From Octopus vulgaris (Eukaryota), in NCBI GenBank assembly GCA_951406725.2, contig OX597834.1, forward strand, positions 32,054,001 to 32,118,000: a DNA stretch of 64,000 bases, read 5' to 3'. A model generated the notes under the pieces. The model made no database searches. It was not told the DNA's origin and saw only the letters and a list, made by a program, of their open reading frames with translations. The position numbers and the translations under genes are program-made. Shown one piece after another: positions 1 through 13,826 of this stretch (positions are counted from its first letter, which is position 1; each line of letters opens with the position of its first letter).

Positions 1-416
1 TCTGATCTGGCAGTGTTTCTACAGCTGGATACCTTTCCTAATGCCAACCACTCCATGAGTGTAGTGGGTGCTTTTTACGTGCCTCCGGTACAGGTGCCAG
101 GGGAGACTGGCAGCAGCCATGATTGGTTGGTGCTTTTTATGTGCCACTGGCACAGAAGCCAGTCAAAGCAGCGCTAGCATCGGCCACGTTCGGATGGTGC
201 TTTTTACGTGCCACCAGCACAGGTATCACAACTACAATGTCTATAAATTGCAGCATAGCAAACAAGCTTGCTAACCACATTGAAACTAAGCTCAGACCAC
301 TATGGGGGGGGGGGGGGGGATGAAGATGAGGCCAACACAGCATAGTTAAGAAGAGGATAGCAAGATATCATGGTAGGGATGAGGGAAAACATTGGAATAA
401 AATGGAATATACTCAC

Positions 417-516
417 GAAATGTATTCGGGGACATCTTCAACAGATTTATATTTCTTATGCCAAACCAAAACGCGTTTATCAAAATTAGTTGCTCTCTTA
501 AGGTTGGCAGGAGTTC
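417..516 (-). CDS. FAM162: FAM162 internal coding exon (100 nt)
   Basis: AG acceptor at 517-518, GTGAGT donor at 416-411; translation TPANLKRATNFDKRVLVWHKKYKSVEDVPEYI. Confidence 0.85.
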
Positions 517-3500
517 CTAGAATTGAAGCATCACATTTTATTGCATCGTATGTTTAGTCACATTTATAGTGGTTTTATAACAGGATGGACTAATTTGGGG
601 GTAGAATTTTGTTCTCTACTACAATAAAAGCAAATGGGTCTCCATGTATTTATGTTCTGAAGGAACGTTGTGTGGATGAATGATGTGTACTAATACCGAA
701 TGTTGTTCAACCGAAATTCCTCTCCACCCGTGGAAAAAATTTTTTCATAATAAATTCTGACACCATCTGAAGCGTATTTGCAATAGTTTTTATTAAAAAA
801 TATCCATTTTTCTGAAAGTTATGAGGAAACAAAATCGGCGGGGTGCACTAGTGTGGTTATGACAAAAAAACCCTAACTTCGCGATTCGATAAATAAAAGT
901 ATCAGACTGAATAAAGTTCTGGGGGTCGATATGACAGGCCAGAACTTTTGAAAAGCAGTGCCCTAGTATAACCCCAGTTCGGTGACTGATACCCCCTCCA
1001 TACACACACTACCAACATCTCAAAAGAGCTGATTAAGCAAGTTACATCAACCCAGTCACGTTCGGTTTTTAGGCTGCCTTATTCTGTTGTTCCTCCATTG
1101 AACTCTATCTCACCTAATTGGTTACCTATGTAGGCCATAAGAATCCCCTATCTCTTCTACACTCGTTATCCCTACCCCAGACCTCCTACTAAACACTTTC
1201 CCCAATGCATTCCTCAAAAATTCCATTCCAATGAGCGTCATCAACTGAACCAAACGTCGGTGGATCTACAAAGGTCGAAGGTCACAGATATCGTCTGCCG
1301 TGTCCAATTAATTAAGGCATAATTTTTTTTTTACAACAAACCCTAATCTATACCATCTAAAATGTATCTCTGGAAAATTTCATTGAAAAAATACGTATTT
1401 TTCAGAAAACTTTGACGAAGCAAAGTCGGGTAGAGACATGCCATAATTAAAACATTGAAGTGTGTAAATAAAAGACTAATATGGAAGTCTATTTATTACA
1501 TATATCTTATATATGTGAAGTGGTGTCCTTCGGCATCGGATACACAAACGGTTGAAGTACAACTTCAATGTGAACCACCAAGAGGGCGGTGAAGGTGCGT
1601 GGCCTAGTGGCTACGGTGTTGCACTGGCAGTCGTAGTTTCGATTCCCGGACTGGGCAGTGCATTCCATTCTTGAGCAGAACACTACATCTGAGTGGACTA
1701 AAACAGCATGAAATGAAGTGTTCTGCTCAAGAATGGAATGCACTGCCCGGTCCGGGAATCGAAACTACGACCGCAAGTGCAACACCGTAGCCACTAGGCC
1801 ATGGACTGAAATGGACTGGTGTTTGTTCAGAGGAAATGTCATTTCGGTGACATATGCCATGGAAAGCTGGTGGATCTACGAGTCCTACGACTGGCAGACA
1901 GCAATGTCCGGCGGACTTTTACACCAAAAGAGGTCGTTAAGCGGTCATTCGACCTGCAAAAAATAACAACCAAATACCCTTTACGAGGGTGAGATGAAAA
2001 CTTCAGGGGCTTTTTATGACTAATATTGCGCATTTACCTGTGTCAAATTCCATACCTATATCTCTGCTGAAAAGTTTTACAGTTTGTATTTTAAAAAAAT
2101 CCATATCTTTTTCATTCTTACTAAAAGCTTCAGATCATCAATGTAGAGCAAATGGTTCATTTTTCCTTTACTATATCTAAACTGACACCCTGCCTTTGCA
2201 TTTCTTAATACTAAACTGAGGGTAATTAAACATAACACAAATATTAAAGGGGATTACGAGTCTCCCTGGAAAATTCCCCTCTTGATATTAACTTTCCCTA
2301 AGGCTGTATCACCCGAGTAAAGATCTACTTTCTATTTCTTCATGCAATAGATAATTAAATCTTTTAAGTTGACCGCAATACTGAATGTACTCAAACATTC
2401 ACTATGAGTGTGGAATCATGTCATAAGCTTTCTTATAATCTCATAGATAACGTAGCCATAAGTGCATTAGTCTGGGGGGGGGGGGAAGGAGATCTTGTCA
2501 CGGCTAGAATGTCGTTGATTATAGGTTTAATAGAGAAAGGGACCAAACAACAAAAAGGGCAAGTTGTTCACAGACTTCAAAGGTAGTTCCCCACTCGTTA
2601 TTTTATGTAGTCATATCTTCTTGTTGTACCTTACTAGGTTTTGCTAGGCACAGTTAAGATAAGATTTCATAAGAAGGTCCAATAAGACTGGAGCACGCCT
2701 GGAGTTATCACCACGCTTGCTAAAGACCAGTTTTATTTTTCTACACTTAAGCATGTCTAATTCCAATTTTGATTAACCGAGTTCTTGGCTGTTAACAACT
2801 GATTTTGATTTTTTTTTTAAAGATTTAGACTTACTTTACTAACTATTAATCAATTCTCTCTCTCTCACACTCACACACAGACTATCCAATTACTCTCGTA
2901 TTTACTGAATGTCTAGTATATACACCTATTGTCTTTCTTTTTTCTTTCTTTCTCTCCCTCTCTTCATTTCGTGTTTTGTGTTCATGTGTGTACAGTATAA
3001 TGTGCATTCGTGAAGTCACAAGGAAAACCAGTTGACTATGGCCTATTTCCACAATTTTGACCCTTGTTCCTTCCAAATACACACACGTACAAAATCACGA
3101 AGTCGTAGAGATAAGAACGATTTCTGCTGTCTTTTATTATGACTGTTCACATTCTCTTGAAAAATACTGACAAAAAGTTTTATTTTAAGACTTAAAAAAT
3201 AATTCATTAATTAACATAGGTATTTGTTCAGCTTATGCACATAACAAAGCTTAACTGTGAATTTGGTTTAGTATAAAAGCTGTCAGGTTTGCAAAAGGTA
3301 GAATACTTTGTGAAAAGCCAAAGAAATTTGTTAAATTTCTTATATTGAACTTTTACACTATTTTTTTGTTAGTATTTATATTTATTGTAAAAAAAATAAT
3401 AAAACGAAATAGTCCTGTGCAGTAGAAAGAACATAAGAATATTTGTACCAAAGCGTATGAAGAATTTACATATAAAATCACTTCTTATGTTTTACTCGAA

Positions 3501-5300
3501 ACCCAGTTTACATGCAGGGCCGCCTTGGCAGCATTATAAGCTCTTGAGTAAATCAATGCCCTGGGCCTATAGTGTTTATTCAAGTCATAGCATAGGTAGG
3601 TCAGAATTGGGCCCCCAAACCCGTGAATTCCTCGAGCAAATCAGTACACAGGACCTGTAGCATTTATTCTTGACAGCTAGCCTATGGACCCGTAAGGACC
3701 CCGGGCAATTGTCCGGTGTGTCATGATAGCACTAGGTACACGATGTGGACATATGGAAAATAAATGTGACATATTCGAGCCAAGAGTAGGCTTCGGCGCA
3801 GACACTTGAACTGTTAGAAATAGCAACCAAATTTCCCTCCTATCGCATATTACTATAGTTAAAAAAAAAAGTGGGGGAAAAAATGATGGAAACGGTGTTG
3901 TTCAGAATGTCTTTACTTATAGTTCTGCTCGATCAGGGCTGACTTGAGATTAAACAACGGGAAATAATAATTGTTTCTAATTAAGGCCCAACACCAGCAG
4001 TTTTGGGAGAAAGGGTTAAGTCGATGATATCGATCCTAGTACTCGACTGCTACTATTTTATCAACCCAGGAGGGATGAAAGGTAGAGTTGACTTCGACGG
4101 AAGAACCGATGGAGGAATGAAACCGTTTATATGAAATAGATATGAAAAAAATTGTGTACAGTGCTCAGGTACACTACAACTTTAATCTAATAATGCTCCA
4201 TATTCTTTAAATTCCGAATAACAAGTTCTTTCGACTAGGGGCTAATAAAAATAGGAAGAAAGCACAACGGTTCTTGCTTCTACCGAATATATTAGTGACG
4301 TACGTGAAATGCTTTCAATTGGAATTCGAACCCGAGTCGCAGGCACGGTTTGTCATGAGTTTAAGCAATCATTCGGTATTAGTACACGACATCATTCACC
4401 CACACAACGTTCCTTCAGAACATAAACAAAGAGGTTGGGCTGGAAAAGACGGTGAATGGTGTTGTCAATTAATACCTACGGACTGCCGGGGTTTATTTAA
4501 CTCCTTGAACAGCCCTTGTCACTTGCGTTCTTAGCAATAATTTGGGGAAGAGGATGTCAATCGATTACATCGACCCCAGTACTTGATTGGTACTTTATTT
4601 TGTTGACCCCCGAAAGGATGAAAGGCGGCGTTGACCTTGGAAGGATTCGGACATATATGGTCCTGGTAATTATTGCTTTTCGTTTCTTAGATACAAAACC
4701 ACAAATTTGATAAGATGCACTATCATTACTCTCTCAGGTGAGAAGTACTAACGCGACAGGTTAAGCAATTTGAACTTTTTTTGTCTCTGCCAAAAACTTC
4801 ACCAAGTCGACCACAGGCCAAAGGAAGATGCCTCAGATTATTAGAATAACGGCGATCAGAATAACAATGGTCCGGGGTTTAAGAGAAAACTAATTCAAAG
4901 TCCAATTAGTTTTCTCTTATTTAGGACTAAGTTAATAATTAATTGACTGCTTCTTAATAACGGGAGTACAAAACTTTTTAAACTTGCAAGGAAGTGGAAA
5001 TGGAATCGTTTCGCGCACAATATTCGCACATCGCCCCCGTAATTCTTCAAGGACATTGGCGAGTAGGAAAAACTCCGACTGGGTGGTAATTGATAAAGAA
5101 ACGCGATGCGATGAAGAATAAGGTTTTAAAGCAACAGTTTGTGATGTGAGAAGGATCTAACCTTGAAGTTGTGAAGAAGTACGGATCCCAGGAGTGAATT
5201 GCAATAACGACTTGAAGCGATTGCCGACGAAAGAATTAGAGCATCGAAGAGAATGTGACAACCGAAGGAGCCGACAACAGAACAGAGATGATGAAGACAT
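417..5300 (-). CDS. FAM162: FAM162/UPF0389 family mitochondrial protein, 5' part (coding exons 5300-5162 and 516-417; 3' exons lie beyond the left edge)
   Basis: Exon 1 reads MSSSSLFCCRLLRLSHSLRCSNSFVGNRFKSLLQFTPGIRTSSQLQ, Arg/Ser/Leu-rich with no acidic residues (presequence-like), ending in a phase-1 donor G|GTTAGA. Exon 516-417 (CTAG| ... |GTGAGT) reads (G)TPANLKRATNFDKRVLVWHKKYKSVEDVPEYI(S), matching the FAM162 pattern KR.LVW..KYKS..E/D.P. The join is in frame. Not in the ORF track. Confidence 0.8.
1600..1801. repeat. Inverted repeat made of two SINE heads, ~85 bp arms, 32 bp spacer
   Basis: 1600-1684 is the reverse complement of 1717-1801 with about 3 mismatches. Confidence 0.9.
2010..2465 (-). 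mobile_element. Degenerate reverse-transcriptase fragment of a non-LTR retrotransposon (R4/Dong-like)
   Basis: Minus-strand translation with stops and frameshifts: DYKKAYDMIPHS, VNIKRGIFQGDS*SPLIF, NHLLYIDDLKL, QTVKLFSRDIGMEFDTGKCA. Confidence 0.8.
5162..5300 (-). CDS. FAM162: FAM162 first coding exon (putative mitochondrial presequence)
   Basis: ATG at 5300-5298, 46 codons + 1 nt, GTTAGA donor; phase matches exon 516-417. Confidence 0.7.
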
Positions 5301-5329
5301 ATTTTCTTAATAAATGTTTGGATGTCAAT

Positions 5330-5665
5330 GACAGACGGTGTATAGCGAAACGTAGTTCCCCTGAATAAAATTATTCCGCGTTGCTGGCCGGTTCCCCCCT
5401 TTCTCCTTTCTATTATCAATACCGACACTACTACATAAATAAATAAACATAAGGCAACCGTACGGTGCAGTAACAAGTTTGTCCCTTCCTCCACCTCCTC
5501 GGCGTGTTTCATGTATCCATTCTTTAAAACAGAACATCTAATATAACCGTTAACCACCGACCTGTAATTGCAAATTTTACCCATTTTTCACCTCGAATTT
5601 CGGCTTCTACCAAGCACTGTCACATTTTGCTGGAGTGACACGGACAGAATTCGTCGTGACATTTT
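5330..5665. promoter_or_regulatory. Putative bidirectional promoter and non-coding first exon of ZUP1
   Basis: Repeat-free, locally CpG-richer segment directly upstream of the FAM162 ATG. A consensus plus-strand donor GTAAGT lies at 5666. A strong acceptor (polypyrimidine + ACAG) at 22311-22314 precedes the ZUP1 ORF. Confidence 0.45.
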
Positions 5666-6029
5666 GTAAGTAATGAAGAAATAAGCTACATGGTCTATTT
5701 TCAAATTTTTTTTTTTTTCTTACATACCAATTCAATTCATTCTTTTTTTTTCCTCCCGATTCATTTTCAGCGCTTAAATAGAACCACTCACAAAAAAAAA
5801 AAAAAAAAAAAAAAGAATACGATGTGTGTGTGTGTATATATATATATAATGCACATATACTTACACATTTAATTGCAAGAAACATACTGCTCTTAACTAT
5901 ATGTATTTACATTAACTATTACTATAGGATAATAATAATAATTTCTCGCGTAGGTACAGCGCTGCAATTTCAGGCTTGAGAGGTATATTTTATAATCACA
6001 TAGATTTAATGTGTGTGGTGCGCGCGCTC

Positions 6030-6073
<44 letters not shown>

Positions 6074-7189
6074 TCTTCTTGACTCTACATGTATATTAAG
6101 TATTTATAAATAGGAAATTGGAGTTGTATGTTTGTATTCTCTTCTGTTAGAATTCCATTCATGTCTAGAATGGCTTATAAGAATATGTTAAATCTTTCTA
6201 ACGTACACCTTCTGTCTACTTCTCGGTTTCAATTTCCTATCCCGATAATGGCATGGTACAATACTTTATTGTATCGACCCCGGAAGGGAATTAAAAACCA
6301 AGTCCACTCAAGCGGGATTTGATCTCTCTCTCTCTCTCTCTCACACACACGCACATATATACAGATATACATATCTGTATACACACACACCATACTTTTA
6401 TTTGTTTCAGTTAATGGACTGTGGCCATGCTGGGGCACTATATACAATATTTTTTAGGTTTACACTGCATAGCCGATACAAGAAAAGCATGTCAACTCAC
6501 TTGCTTTACTACCAATCTACTCGGGAAAAAGCATGAACATCACAACATCCGAGAGAATCTTTACGCGGTCTCTCGACCTGCTAGAAATAGCAGCTAAATT
6601 TCCCTCCATCTGCAAATCCTTAGCATCTCTCAAAACGGTAAAAGAAAAAAAATCTAAGGAAAAACATACGAGAGACCCAAATCATACATATCCTTAAACT
6701 ACGAGATGGACACGGTTGGCTTGTAATCCGTTCCAGTTCAGCTGACATGGGCCTAAACAACATTTTATTTCTCATTTTTCTCCCTCGACTAAATAAATCT
6801 CGGTCATCATGTCTTGTCTGTAGAAAGTAAATTGCTAAAAATATAATTTATAATAAAAAATATTATTATTAATAAAAGAAATTATTATTATCACCATTAT
6901 TATTATTATTATTATTATTATTCACTTAATCCTGTTCAGGAAGAAATAGGAATGATAGAACATAATAATAATGACCTATCCTTCCTCGTTAATTTTATTT
7001 TTTCTTTCCATTCTAAGCTTACGTAAGAATCCCTTTAGTTAAGTCAGGTGTGTCTGTGTTCTCTAAGAATGGATGCGCGCGTGTTCTCTGTATGGATGTG
7101 TGTATAATACAGATGCACATATCCATGTGTGTATATATTGTATGTAAGTGTAAGTATTGTTTTCTCTGTACACATCTGTGTATGTATTG

Positions 7190-7191
7190 TG

Positions 7192-7234
<43 letters not shown>

Positions 7235-7441
7235 GTATATCTATCTATCTGTATATCTATCTATCTGTATATCTATCTATCTGTATGTCTATCTATCTGT
7301 CTATCTATCTATCTATCTATCTGTATATCTATCTATCTGTATATCTATCTATCTGTATATCTATCTATCTGTATATCTATCTATCTATCTATCTATCTGT
7401 ATATCTATCTATCTATCTGTATATCTATCTATCTATCTGTA

Positions 7442-7474
<33 letters not shown>

Positions 7475-8170
7475 GTCTACATGTAATTCTATTTGTGTCT
7501 GTAGACAAAATATAATTTTGTGTATGTGTGTGTGTGTATACAGAAGCACACATACGTACACTGACATACACAACAAACCACAATTACATAATTATAGTTT
7601 GCGTTAATGTGTGTGCGTGTGTGTGTCTGTTGATGTATGTGTGTGTGTCTGTTGATGTATGTGTGTGTCTGTTGATGTGTTTCTGTTGATTATGTATATG
7701 TGTGTCTTTATGTATGTATGTGTGCGTGTGTCTCTGTTGATGTATGTGTGTGTGTATGTTGATGTATGTATGTATGCGTGTGTGTGTTGATGTATGTATG
7801 TATGTGTGTGTGTGTGTCTGTGTTGATATATGTATGTGTGTGTGTCTGTGTTGATGTATGTATGTGTGTGTGTCTGTGTTGATGTATGTATGTGTGTGTG
7901 TCTGTGTTGATGTATGTATGTGTGTGTGTCTGTGTTGATGTATGTATATGTGTGTGTGTCTGTTGATGTATGTATATGTGTGTGTGTCTGTGTTGATATA
8001 TGTATATGTGTGTGTGTCTGTTGATGTATGTATGTGTGTGTGTCTGTGTTGATGTATGTATGTGTTGATATGTGTGTGTCTGTGTTGATGTATGTCTGTG
8101 TTGATATGTGTGTGTCTGTGTTGATATATGTATGTATGTGTGTGTGTCTGTGTTGATGTATGTATGTGTT
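7190..8170. repeat. (ATCT)n followed by compound (TG)n/TGTTGATGTA minisatellite
   Basis: Direct inspection. Confidence 0.9.
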
Positions 8171-9899
8171 GTTTACATAAGTATGTGCATAGTGTATGTA
8201 TGCATTTATATATTCTGTTTGTGTGCATATTGTCTCGCCAGGTCAGCCTTGATCGAACGGACGTACGATCGAATGTGTTCCAATCGTAACAATCCTGCCT
8301 TGTTAAGTATCTGTTTTAAGAACCACATTGACCAGTGTAACCTTTATTTCGGACGTTAAACATATGATCTGAGATAGATTTCACTGCTTTTTCTGGCATT
8401 TCGACAATATAGGGGCTCCTTGTTTACTCAACATATTCGTGTATTTGCTGTGTGTATGCGGGTGGATGCCGGCATGAATTTATCGTTAAGAAATTCCGTT
8501 CGCACTCATGGGGTTCTGGGTTCGATTTTGGTGACATTTTAGATTTTTTTTTTTTTTTTTTTTTTTTTACAATATGTCCTGGGTATGACTTTAAACTGGG
8601 ACCCTGGTTAGAGAGTTCCAGAGTTTTGGGGAGTTTGGAACCGTCTCTTAGCTACTATTGTCCCTGGTTTGCTCTGGCCCGTAGTAGTAGCAGCACTTGA
8701 TAGGGTAGCAGCTATGGGTTAATTAATAAGTCAGTGGGCAGATGGAACTCGCTAGCCTGGGTGTGGGACAACCCATCTAGCAGAAGGGAAACCCTTATTC
8801 CCAACCTCTGCTGCCTTTGCATAACCACCTGTGGAATAGGTTTTCGGGAGTAAACTTAGAGGTATATAATCGGGAGTCGGAGCCCCTGGGGTTGTTGACG
8901 TTGTCTACAATCTCGTCTAGCTATTCCTGTGACAATGCTAATGCCGGATTAAGACCCATAGAGCCCTTAAAAGATTTTGGTGTGTCCACCCTCCATCCTA
9001 TATATGTAATTCAAAATATAAACATTAAATCAGAAAATAAATTTTCATTTTTCGAAAGGAAACAAAACGGACAGTAAGATAGGAGAAAATAATGTTTACT
9101 TTTTTTTATACTTTCACTTTATTTAAATTCGTAAAGTTTTCTCCTACATTTTTTTTTTAATTGCAACATCTTTTAATCAAATCCTCAAAATTCATCTTAC
9201 GTAACACATCTGCTTCTATACTTAGAAGAGACAAAGCATCCCGAATGTGATGTGATTTTAGCAAGTTTGAAGTAATTTCTTTTGTGCCATAAACCATTTA
9301 CCATTTCTGTGGTGCCCTAAGGATGCACTTATTTCGCTCAATGATTATTCCAGTGCTGGCCCTACTATTTCTGTGGATCCATCAGTGACATGTAGATGGG
9401 CTGCGCACTGCATGGGCAACAACCTGATCTCCCTACCATAACTGCCCAACTCTGGCCCTTTTTGATTCCCTTTTATTGGAGAGACAGAACTGCACACACA
9501 AGTTAAACAGCACAGTGAGTGACCACACGCAAATGCAGTTGTGTTGTAGACACGGCCATTTGCACATCAGACAACAGTGTTTCAGTTGAGCGGACAACTA
9601 GGACTTTCGCCCATGGTCGTTAATGACAGACGGAGGCCACAGGGCGAATGAATTCGGCAATGGGGAAAGCTCGCCTGATGAATGGTACTTGTAATTCAAG
9701 CAGGGCTAGTCTTTGGTCACACCCCCGTCATGTTGATTCTGATTAAGCAATACGTTATGGGTACATGTGTCCGTGGGATACCCGACCATTTAGATTACAA
9801 TTACAAGAAGTTGATTGAATGACTGGAGTATTCATGGTCGAAATCGATAGCGATCCGTTTATTGTATTGTGTTTGTGTACATTGATTATGTAAAAGGAG

Positions 9900-10350
9900 T
9901 TTGTGTGTGTATTGTGTATACATATTAAATGTGTGCGTGCGTGTGTGTATACATATTGTGTGTGTTGTGTATACATATTGAGTGTGTGTGTGTATACATA
10001 TTGAGTGTGTATGTTGTGTATACATATTAAATGTGTGTGTGTGTTGTGTATACATATTAAATGTGTGTGTATACATATTAAATGTGTGTGTGTGTATACA
10101 TATTAAATGTGTGTATACATATTAAATGTGTGTATACATATTAAATGTGTGTATACATATTAAATGTGTGTATACATATTAAATGTGTGTATACATATTA
10201 AATGTGTGTATACATATTAAATGTGTGTGTGTGTATACATATTAAATGTGTGTGTGTGTGTATACATATTAAATGTGTGTGTGTGTGTGTATACATATTA
10301 AGTGTGTGTGTGTGTATACATATTAAGTGTGTGTGTGTGTGTGTGTTGTG
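9900..10350. repeat. Compound minisatellite TATACATATTAAA(TG)n
   Basis: Direct inspection. Confidence 0.9.
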
Positions 10351-11920
10351 TATGTATACGTACTGTGAATGTTTATTGTGTGTGTATGACTGTCATATCT
10401 ATGTATGTATATTGTTTTATTAATTATCGACAAAAGTTAGTGTCTCGGGGATGGAGTGTTTCGTGTATTGACACACCAAGACTCAAAACTCTCAGCCTTT
10501 TGAGTTACTTTGTAACGTCTGTCCGTGGTGTTCCATCCACATGGTTCTGAATTCAATCCTACCACATGACACCTTGGGGAAGTATCTTCCATTATAACCT
10601 CAAGCCAACCAAAGGCTTGTGTGTGGATTTTGTACACAGAAACTGAAAGAAGCCCCCGTGTGTGTGTGTATGTGTGTGTGCACGTGCATTTGTGTATACA
10701 CAGCTTTGTACATGTGAAAGAATCCCTTATTTTCTTATGGCTTCTGATCTTTTGTATAATATTGTGCCAAGTTCGAATCCTGCCCATGCCAGCTTCGTGT
10801 CTCATTCAGTTTGGACGAGATTTTTAAATTACAAAATTCAATTCCTGCCAACACCGGATTCAGCTTCCAACCATTTCTGGGGTCGACTTAAAGTACCAGT
10901 CAATTTTTGGGTCTCAGTATATTCGACTGTTTCCTTCCTCCAAATTTTTGACAGCCTTATGGTTAGGGTGGACTGGACCTATTCTAAGCATGCGCCTTTA
11001 GAATAACACCAGCGCAAAGGTTCATACCTCTGGTCATCCGGTTGATCCTGAATCTGTAGAGTTCCTTGATTGGGCCTATCGGAGGCTCTTCTGCATCAGG
11101 GGGACTGCATCGTTCATGTGTTCAGACGCTCTGTATATTATGGATGCCTTCATTTCGTGATCTTTTCCATTTTCCTCCTCCTCTTTTATTCCCCCACACA
11201 CACTTCACACACACACACTCATATTGTAACCAACCCTTGTAGAATCCCCTCTCATCATATTTGCCCCTGTGGCAAATAAATCGTTATATTTTGTATGTCA
11301 ACATGGCCTTGCATCCTATTCCCTCCCTCTCTATTCTTCCACCATAGAATCATCTTTTACCACATTCCACAGCCACCATCAGCATCGTCATCACCACCAT
11401 CATCATCATTAGTCTGTTCTCCCTTGCGGTTGGTCATTTCTATATACAGCTTGTTGATGTTAACTCTATTTTTGTATAGAATTATTGATGAGCATTGTGT
11501 GTGTACGTGTGTATATCTGTGTATGTGTGCATATTTGGATGTGTGTGTGTACGTGTGTATATCTGTGTATATCTGTGTATGTGTGCATATCTGGATGTGT
11601 GTATGTGGATGGATGTGTGGATGGATGTGTGTGTGTGTTCTATCTCTTTGTTGTTGTTTAACACAAATCCTGACTAACTGAACATAGTTCTGATCAAATC
11701 AGACAACATTCAAACTATGGCCACCCTGTCAATTTTTCTTTTGTTTTTTTTTGTAAGACATTGTGTAGCTAGGACTATATTATCCTGGGGTCGCCTTCAC
11801 TGTGGAAGTGCGTAGGGTGGGATTATTATTTTTTTTGCAAATCAAGCAAGTTGCATGGGGACTCTCTCTCTCACTCTCTCTTTCTTTTTCTCTCTCTCTC
11901 TCTCTTACTCTTTCTCTCCT

Positions 11921-11953
<33 letters not shown>

Positions 11954-13414
11954 TGGTGTATCTATAGATTTATATTTTTTCTTTTTTATTTGTTTCAGTC
12001 ATTAGATTGCGGCCATGCTGGGGCATCGCTTTGAATCTTAGTCGAATCAATCAACCCCAATACTTAAAAAAAAAAATTTTTGAAGCCCGATACCGATTCT
12101 TTTGCCCAACTGCTAAGTCATAGGAACATAAGCACACCAACACCAGTTTCCAAGCAGTGTTTGGGGACAAACACTGACAGAAAGACACATGCATGCACGC
12201 ATGCTCACACACAAATATATATACGAGGGGCTTCTTTCAGTTTCTGTCTACCAAATCCATTTACAAGACTTTCGTTAGCCCAGGGCTATAGTAGGTGCCA
12301 CCTACCCAAGGTGCCATGCAGTTGAACTGAACCCAGAACCAGGCGATTGGAAAGCAAACTCCTAACCACTCAGCCACGCCCGTAGGCATCGCCTTGAAGG
12401 ATTTAGTCAAACAAATCGACTCTGTTGCTTATTTTTCATCTAGCACTTATTCTATTGGTCTCTTGTCAAACTGCTAAGTTACAAGGATGTAAACACACCA
12501 ACACCAGTTGTCAAGCTATAGGACACACACACACACATGAAAGACTTCCACACAGTTTTCATCTGGCTAATTCATTCACGAAGCATTGGTCAGCCCTGAG
12601 CTAAAGTAGAAGACCCATTCCGATGGTGCTGTACAGTAGGATTGAACCCAAAACCATGTGGTTGCCAGTGAGCTGGCAGAATCATTAGCATGCCGGGCAA
12701 AATGCTTCGCAGAATTTCATCCATTGTTAGGTTCTGAGTTCAAATTCTGTTGAGGTCAACTTTGCCTTTCATCCTTTTGGGGTCGATAAAATAAGTACCA
12801 GTTTAGTACTGGGGTCGATGTAATTGACGGATCCCCTACTCTGAAAATTCAAGGTTTTTGCCTGTTGTAGAAAAGATAATTTCTTCAAATAATGTGTGAG
12901 CATAATTAACCCTTTAACTATGAAATTAAATTTCATAGTTATTCACCAGTGCTGGTGCCATGTTAAAAACCTCCAGTTCAGACTGTTACGTGGTTGGCAT
13001 TTGGAAGGGCATCCAGCTGTAAAAATCATGCCAAAACTGACCTCGCCTGTGATGGTACCACATAAAAAGCACTCAGTCCACTCTGCTGAGTGGTTGGTGT
13101 TAGGAAGGGCATCCGGCTATAAAAACCCTGCCAAAACCGATACAGTCACCTGGGGTAGTTTTCTACCTGGCTGGCTCCTGTTAACCATCCTACTCATGCA
13201 TACATGCATGGAACACGGACGTTAAACGATAATGATGATGATTCTAGTAATGATGTTAAATATCTGTCAAAAAATAGAATTGGTATTTTTTGCAGATCAC
13301 ATTGTCTCAATAAACTTGACATATCTCAAAAAAAGTTTCAAACTTGAGATTCCACAACAAAAGTTTGGTTGCTCTATGAAACTGCATTTTGCAGTTAAAG
13401 ATAATGAAGATTTG

Positions 13415-13826
13415 GGATCTTTTCGGTTTGAACGGCAGTTTTTTAAAATAATTTCCACGTAAATAAACACGTTTAAACTTCGTATACTGGTAGAATGTGT
13501 TTATAAAACATATTTTTCTCTTGGCTTTATTGAGAAAATTCTATAGTTTGTAAGATATTTGTTGTTTTTTTTTCTTCAATTTCTGCAATTTCAACCAATC
13601 AATGATGTCTATTGAGGTGAAAACATTCTGTGACGTATGAATATGTCCCTCGTTTAAGAAACAGATTGGGTTTATTTACATTTCTGAAGAAAAAAAATAT
13701 ACCCTCCCCCCACCCCTAACCCTAAAACAGATTGAAATGCAATAGATCGATACTAGGGTCATAGTTATGGGTGACAATTTCATATGATACCGCTAGAAAA
13801 AACTGCCGTTCAAACCGAAAAGATTC
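13415..13826 (+). mobile_element. Non-autonomous Merlin-like MITE, copy 1
   Basis: ~28 bp TIR GGATCTTTTCGGTTTGAACGGCAGTTTT; 8 bp TSD AAGATTTG (13407-13414 / 13827-13834). Confidence 0.85.

Noticed and set aside
2034-2038. Minus-strand G|GTAAAT as an extra FAM162 donor
   Set aside because: Lies inside the R4/Dong-like RT fragment, whose reading frame continues across it
5126-5584. 152 aa minus-strand ORF
   Set aside because: No recognisable domain; it overlaps the FAM162 first exon, which reads in a different frame with a proper donor
7050-8228. Long ORFs (185, 128, 214 aa) and similar YI/CV/HT-rich ORFs at 19.2, 36.9, 43.0, 59.0 and 62.7 kb
   Set aside because: Stop-free translations of microsatellites
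13714-13725. Telomeric CCCTAA repeats (also near 29482 and 36001)
   Set aside because: Only two units, internal to the Merlin-like MITE
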